Source: Amoebidium appalachense
Taxonomy: Eukaryota > Protista > Ichthyosporea
Direction of reading: 5' to 3'
NCBI GenBank assembly: GCA_963693365.1
Contig: CAVNZM010000001.1
Location: 6,588,907-6,652,906, forward strand
Length of the DNA: 64,000 bases
Of this stretch, positions 56,969 through 64,000 are shown in pieces. The notes beneath the pieces are model-generated. The model was not told where the DNA came from, did no database searches, and saw only the letters and a list, made by a program, of their open reading frames with translations. Every line of letters begins with the position of its first letter. Position 1 is the first letter of the stretch. Position numbers and translations under genes: made by a program.

Positions 56969-57365
56969 ATCTTTACTTCCATGCAACCGGGCATGGTTGC
57001 TCTGTGTCGTGCATCTGTAAGCACATACGCGTTTTTCGCTGCACTGCATTAGTTTGCACACACATCTTCACCGTTCTGCTCACCTTGCTTGCATAAGCAA
57101 CCCTGCTCGTCTTTGATCAAGACGGGTTGACCCACCCAAGTTCAGTTGATGCTGCTGTCTGAGTTGGAGCGTCGTATATACGCGGGCTAAGGGGTCGAAA
57201 CTCAGACGCAATTGATGACTTGGGCCCTCCCTGAGGATGGGCTCTGCTTATGACGCATACTGTGCGCATGGCTGATGTTGCACACTTGAATGTTTGCCTT
57301 TGCATGTGTCCTGCACCATGCTTCTCATCGTGTATGTGTACTTCGTACTGTGTTCCGCATTCAAA
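56969..57365 (+). mobile_element. Poly(C)-ended repeat, family A, plus-strand copy
   Basis: Ends ...GTGTTCCGCATTCAAA followed by a C-run, and is also preceded by a C-run. Reverse complement of ~32737-33140. Confidence 0.8.
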
Positions 57366-57439
57366 CCCCCCCCCCCCCCCCTTCCCCCCCCCCCTCCCCC
57401 CTTTCTTGGCTAATCAGTAGGTGGTGTAAAGTTCGCATT

Positions 57440-57603
57440 GTGCACAATACACCTACACTCAAGATATGGGCGGGCGTTGCAATGTGGGGCTGCGCACAAA
57501 AACTTTGAAAGGCTAAAAACAACGCAAAATACACACAAAGTTTTTGTGCGCAGCCCCACATTGCAACGCCCGCCCATATCTTGAGTGTAGGTGTATTGTG
57601 CAC
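57440..57603. repeat. Perfect 68-bp inverted repeat with a 28-nt loop (foldback MITE or hairpin RNA)
   Basis: 57440-57507 is the exact reverse complement of 57536-57603. Confidence 0.9.
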
Positions 57604-57666
57604 GATGCACCCCTGCCGCATGTCCACGTGCAGGGGTGCCTGTATGCAACCACGTGGCTGCAAAAC

Positions 57667-57713
<47 letters not shown>

Positions 57714-58211
57714 ACACACACACACCGTGCTCACACACTTGACCTCCCCCCCCCCCCCCCCCCCCCCCCCCACCGACCGGGTGCACGAGCCATATACGGC
57801 TATAGGGTTCCTAATAAGGCAGGTTCGCGAATTTATTCGCTTTGGCGGGAAACCTCCGCTAGACCGAAAACCACTGAAACAGGCTGTAGGCCTACAGTAC
57901 ATGTACACGTGTGAAAGGTTTCCATGCCGTACCTAATGATTACAGCTTTCAAAAAAAAAAAGCGGCGCGGCTAACTTGTTACTGAGTGAAAGCACACAAG
58001 GAAGACTTGAGACGCAAGCACATTTCTTTTGTTCTCCTGCTTGTTTTGCACAACCGCATTTTTCCGTTCACTTATCTAATCTTTCTGTGTACTTAAGTTA
58101 GTGCGACCAAGAAATCCAGCTCCCTGGATTCACAAAGTGCGTACAAATTATCAACAAAAAGAAAAGATCAAGAAGACACGGGTAGAAGCAGTGTGCATAG
58201 AGGAGTGCAGC

Positions 58212-59230
58212 ATGGAGGCAGACGCGGCAAAGATGGACACAGCCGAGGGGGAGGCTGGGCCCGACCAGGTATGCGGGGTGAACACGGGCACACACATGCA
58301 CAAACAAACACGCGTACAAGCACGCACTCATCCAGGCACGCACGCAAGCACACCCGCACACACGCACATGAGCACGAACACGCACATCGCACACGTGCTT
58401 AAGCCCAGGCTCTCATCTGAACAGGCACAAGCTATGGTTCTTTCCCGTCATCCACCTACCTTGTGTTATTGCTTAACGACACATCATTCCCCTCATGTCA
58501 GAGCAAATCGGCGCTTTTTGACCAGCTTCTGACCAAGTTGCGCAAAAAATCTCTCGGGGACGAAGAACGGATGGCTTGCCTGCTTGTTCTTACCAAGGTC
58601 ATGGATCCAACAAACACGCAGTTGATTGGTCGCCTGCACGACGCACTGGGGTTCACCTTCCTAAATAGGCTACTGAAAACACGTGCGTGAAGTTTTTATT
58701 CCCCCTCCCCCCCCTCCCCCCCACCTTCTTATCCCCCATTAGTTCTTCCACATCTACTACATTCTTCCCCCTCACCCTTCCCTACCGTCCCAGTCAACCC
58801 CTAAGGAAATTCGTCGTCTTTTTGTTTTTGAAAAGAATATCATTAAGTAGGTTGGGGTGAGGTGGGGTGGGGTGGCGGGGCGGGGGGCGGAGGGGGGAAG
58901 GGGGGAGGGGGGAAGGGGAGGGGTCGGGGTTGTGGGGTTGGTGGGTGGGGGGTGGGTGGAAGGTAGTGATGTTGAGGGAGGAGGGAGGAGGGGGGAGGGG
59001 GAAGCAGTCGTCTCTATTCTTTCCCCCCCCCCCCCCCCCCCTCCCCCCCCCCCTCCCCTTCTTTTTCGTGGGGGGGGGAAGGGGGGGGGGGGGGGGGGGG
59101 GAGAAGCCGAGGGGAGTGGGAGGAGGGGGGAAGGATGGGTGGTTGAGTTAAATTTATTTTTATTATATTTTATTTTATTTTATTTTTATTTTTATTTTTT
59201 TGGGGGGGGGGGAGGGGGCGAGGGAGGGAT

Positions 59231-59262
<32 letters not shown>

Positions 59263-59740
59263 TGGAGGGTGAGTGGTTGGGTTGGATTATCCTTCTTTTT
59301 GCGCCGGGGGGGGGGGGGGGGGTGAGGGAGCGGGAAGGGTTGACATGGTTTTTGTTCATATATTTTATTTTATTTTATTCGTTATTCTTTTTATTTATGT
59401 ATTTCTTATTATTATTCTTTATTTATTTATTTATTTAAAATTATTATTATTGTTGTTGTTGTTGTTATTATTATTATTATTATTATTATTGTTGTTGTTG
59501 GGGGGGGGGGGGGGGGGGGGGGGGGGAGGGGGGAAGCAGTTAGTTACCCTTTCTTTCTTGCTTGCACATATTCACACCTTACCATTGGGGTCCAGCCAAA
59601 TAATAAATCCATTTGGTTTTCAAAGGTCAACACTTGATGCATGTCTGAGCACACACTCACACAACACACACACACACACACACACACGCACGCACGCACG
59701 CACGCACGCACACACACACATACGCACGAACGCACGCATG

Positions 59741-59773
<33 letters not shown>

Positions 59774-60537
59774 CGATCGAAAACCCCCACACATCTTCTC
59801 ACACCCCTTCCCCCCCCCCCCCTCCCCCCCCCCCCCCCCCCCCCCCCCCCTCCCTCTCACTCCCTGGCTGGCTCCTTCCTCCTGCACCTGCTTTTGCCAA
59901 TAACATGCACGGAGTATGCAGCAACACGTACACAGTGCACCACCTGAAATACCAATCCCGTAGTATATATTTCTTTTGCACGTTGTAACAAATCAATTTA
60001 CTCACTAAAGCTGCTGGGCTGTGCGCATGCAGAGGCTGGGGGGAGGAAGGAGAGTTGTATGCAGCTATTGCCACGTCTATACTGGCAACATACAGGTGAG
60101 ACCGAAAAAAAAAACACACTAGCACACTTCTTGTTCACTTTTGCTTTTTTTGCGTTTCTTTTCCCTTCCATTTTGCTAAATCGCTGTTGTTGACCAATGT
60201 GTCATGTTGTGTGGCTGTTTTTGTTGTTGCCACCTTTTCAGAACTAAGCAATTTGCACGTCATGTGGTGGGTTTCTTAAGGGGCAGACAGGTGGATTGGC
60301 ATGCGCAGGGTGCAGGGGGGCTCCGATGAAGGGGGAGAGGGTAGGCAGGTGGGGGGGAGGAGGGGAGGGGGGATGTAAAGGGGAAGGGGAGAGGCGGGGG
60401 GGGGGGGGGGGGGGAGGGGGGGGGCACGGAAGGAGGGGAGGGGGGGGGGGGGGAGGAGGGGGAGGGGGCTGCGGAAGGACCCCTCCACCCCCCCCCCCCC
60501 CCCCGACACAGTTATGATCACACCATGTGGAGGGGAA

Positions 60538-60575
<38 letters not shown>

Positions 60576-60991
60576 GGAAGGAGGGGGGGGGGGGGGGGGA
60601 AGGGGGGGGGGAGGGGGCTACGGAAGGACCCCTCACCCCCCCCCCCCCCTCCACATGGTGTGATCATAACTGTGTCCGGGGGGGGGGGGGGGAGGGGGGG
60701 GGGGGGGAAGCGAGAGAGAGATTTGAAGGGCTTTTTTATTTAGTACGGGTCGTGTTGAAGGCAGATGCTGTCTCCGCTGTGTGTGACAGCTAACACATCA
60801 TGCCTACCAACCAGCCGTATTCCGGAAATCGTGAGAAATCCGCAATTCATTTCCAAAATTCCGATTTTTTCTGCACTCATCAAAGGCAACCTGCAACCTA
60901 GCAATGAGAGGTAGCAACCCCTCCCCCCCCCCCCCCCCCCCCCCCACCCCCTTCCCCTCCCCCAACACACACACACACATACACACACACA

Positions 60992-61055
<64 letters not shown>

Positions 61056-61103
61056 ACACACACACACACACACGTGACACACACACACACACACACACCG
61101 TGA

Positions 61104-61169
<66 letters not shown>

Positions 61170-61467
61170 CACCACCACCACCACCACGACCTTGTTCTCC
61201 CTCTCTCTCTTCTCATTCCTCCGAGAGTTTATTAGGTCATGTATTCCAGGTAATACCCCCCTCCCCCCCTTCCCCCCCCCCCCCCCCCCCCCCCCCCAAC
61301 CTGCCCTGAGAATGAAGTTACCCATTCGTCTGCCTGCTGATGTTTACGCATTACAGTCATCGGCATGGGCACAAGTAAACGCATGCAAATGCAACCACAC
61401 ACACACGTGGAGACAGACACACAGGTGCACGTGTGCACGCGCGCTCCACACACACACGTACACACAC

Positions 61468-61536
<69 letters not shown>

Positions 61537-62299
61537 CACACACACACACATGCACACAACCAGTCTCCCTCCCACTAATTTATTTTCATGTTCTCCACAT
61601 ATAACCGACACACCCACCCATTCACCTGCCTACGTCATCCCCCCACCAACTCCAACCCCTTGCCCGCAAACCCACCCCTACCTACCACTTATGCACTCAC
61701 CCAAACACCCCCCACCCCCCCCCCCCCCCTCCTTCCTCCCCCCCCCCCCCCCACATGCACATGCACCCACCAAGGCCACAAAGGAACGGAACCCCCCCCC
61801 CCCCCACCCCCACCCCCCAACCCTCTCACACATACATCTCCCCCCCCCCCCCCCCCCCCCCCCGGGCACCACCTTTTCACGTTTATTTCACATCTGACCA
61901 CGTGCATTCCCACACCAGTTCCCAGGGAACACGTGATGACTGCCTCGAGTGCCTTCTGGCAATCTCCCTCACCGATATTGGCCCCTCCTTATTGGCTGTT
62001 GACCGAACTGCCACCCCGTGCCTATTGGATGCCGTGTCGTCATTACCCGAAAATGGTTAGTGGCCACGGGTTTTGATTGGTGTTCATATATGGAAATGCC
62101 TGGATCGACCTACTTGTTCCCCCCCCTCTCCCCCCCCCCCCCCACCCACCCACCCAGGGGGGACCCTACCCTCTGAACCATGCGAGCTTTGCACCATCTG
62201 TGTGCTTTTGGTTTTCATATTCAATCTACGTGTCCTTTGAGTAGCACCATGTGGGAAGAATTGTTGGGTAACCGGTAGTGTGTCTCTGTGACGAATGCC

Positions 62300-62381
<82 letters not shown>

Positions 62382-63259
62382 CAAATAACCAACACAGCAA
62401 GCATTTAAAAATCATCCACACAACTGCAAAGGGGATGGGGGTAGAGGTCCCCGGGGAGGGGGGGGGTGAGGGGGTAGTACACACGTGAGTAGACGGGTGC
62501 GGTGGTGGTTGCGGTGGTGGAGTGGAGGTGGAAAGAGGAGTTCACACCTAGCAAAATGTGTTTTCGAGGACCATGGGAGGAATATGAACGTCTTCGGTAG
62601 TATAGTGGTTAGTATCTCCGCCTGTCACGCGGAAGACCCGGGTTCGATTCCCGGCCGGAGAGCTTTTTTGTTTTTGCAAGCTCTGGGCCCTTTATTGTTC
62701 TCCCTGCCGTTTTGTTTTGCCCATGTTATTTGATGCTTTTTTGTTTGTTTGTTTCCTATACTCAACTTGCCTTTTCCTTCGACCTGAACATGAAGGTCTT
62801 CGGTAGTATAGTGGTTAGTATCTCCGCCTGTCACGCGGAAGACCCGGGGCCGGAGAGCTGTTTTGTTTTTACAAGCTCTGGGTTATTGTGCTTCCTACCG
62901 TTTGGTTTTACCTATATCATTTGGTGTTTTGATTTTTCTGATTCTACCACCTTCTCTTTCTTTCAATTTATTTTTAGAGCTTTCTCATTTGGCTTCTTGA
63001 AGAAATTCCAACTATGACCTTTCACCTTTAACCACCCAAGATATTTTGATTGGCTTGTGAAACAATGCATTGTTCCAAAGTTTCATACCTTGTACTTCTG
63101 CTGTTGTACCTCCTATGGCGTTTTTGTTGAAAAGAAGTCCCACCATTACTTCAAGTAACACACATTCACGCGAACATACACATCTACACAGGTACACACA
63201 CACACATACACACACACAGAGCACACTCATACACACGTGCGCGTGCGCGCGCGCGCATG

Positions 63260-63335
<76 letters not shown>

Positions 63336-63562
63336 TCCAGCCCTCAGTGCCTTGGAGCAAGTGGTGTCACGGGCCAAAAGTGAAGTATTGACAAGACATG
63401 GGCAACATGTTATATCTGCACTACCAGGCAAGGATCCCCTCCCCCCCCCCCCCCCCTCCCCCCCCCCCCCCCCCCCCCCCCCCCGCCGCCCCCCGGCGCC
63501 CCCGCCCCCACCTCCGCCCCTCCCGGCTTCCAAGCCTTTTGTTTTGTACACCTTCAAGGTAG

Positions 63563-63593
<31 letters not shown>

Positions 63594-63967
63594 CCCCCCC
63601 CCCCCCCCCCCCCCTCTCTGGCTGCATATGTACGCATGAACACAACCCCGCTCGGGCGCACAAGCACACACACATACACACACGCGCGTACAGATGTACA
63701 CGCATACGTCGCACACACATAGTCTTAAATACACACAAACACATGCACGCACGTACACGCACACACATAAGCACATGCGGATGCATAGCAGACGATAAAT
63801 CACGGACACACAGGCACAGGCACACACAAGCACACCACATATACACACCCTTTCTCTCTCTAACAGCTACCTATACAGATCTCTGTCGTGTGGTTGCTGA
63901 GAGGCAAGACGAACGGAAGTTTCGTTTCTGTCGCCTGATTGATGCTCTTTTGTCTCCGGAGCCAGCC
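58212..63967 (+). CDS. NCDN: Neurochondrin family protein, 5' part (runs off the window); exons 58212-58268, 58502-58682, 60011-60095, 60815-60910, 61919-62055, 63335-63427, 63879-63967
   Basis: [13 protein letters not shown]...[49 protein letters not shown] and QDERKF follow the neurochondrin N-terminal pattern. Phases are compatible. A small extra exon near 62158 cannot be excluded. Confidence 0.82.
62591..62662 (+). tRNA. tRNA-Asp(GUC), intronic
   Basis: Cloverleaf: acceptor TCTTCGG/CCGGAGA, anticodon arm TCCGC-CTGTCAC-GCGGA, T arm CCGGG-TTCGATT-CCCGG. T6 Pol III terminator at 62664-62669. Confidence 0.96.
62797..62857 (+). pseudogene. tRNA-Asp(GUC) pseudogene lacking the T loop/B box
   Basis: Identical to 62591-62662 except for an 11-nt deletion of TTCGATTCCCG. 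Confidence 0.9.
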
Positions 63968-64000
63968 GTACCCCCCCCCCCCCCTTTCCTTCTCTTGTTC

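Noticed and set aside
57186-57246. Hammerhead-like words GAAAC and CTGAGGA in the repeat 3' region
   Set aside because: Stem II and stem III pairings required by the hammerhead core could not be formed by eye. An HDV fold also lacks P4/J4-2.
62158-62275. Possible additional neurochondrin exon
   Set aside because: There is an in-frame TGA unless a weak internal donor is used, and the flanking exons already join in phase.

Overview
Eukaryotic genomic DNA, possibly from a unicellular opisthokont/holozoan-like protist (an inference from intron style and gene content, not proven). Introns and spacers are packed with poly(C)/poly(G), (CA)n/(GT)n and (GA)n tracts, so most ORFs in the supplied track are low-complexity noise. 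Genes reconstructed by hand across splice sites: a 4-exon membrane-anchored FkbM-family methyltransferase (-), an intronless BTB/POZ protein (+), an intronless secreted GGAI/FxxN beta-helix repeat protein (+), a 16-exon DNAJC21/Jjj1 orthologue (-), an RVxF-motif ORF (+), a disrupted protein kinase gene (+), MRPL32 (+) and the 5' part of neurochondrin (+), which has tRNA-Asp(GUC) and a T-arm-deleted copy in one intron. Mobile DNA: two Helitrons with canonical TC...hairpin-CTAG ends (one inserted cleanly at an A|T inside a foldback MITE, one with a decayed Rep ORF carrying a long unassigned N-terminal extension) and several MITE-like foldbacks. The strongest novelty candidate is a pair of related repeat families (9 copies plus stubs). 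They share a fixed 3' end, GCATTCAAA followed by poly(C), are variably 5'-truncated, sit in C/G runs, and carry a covarying pseudoknotted 3' RNA structure. They look like non-LTR retroelements that are tailed with, or target, poly(C) rather than poly(A). Homopolymer lengths and single-base indels in this assembly may be unreliable.
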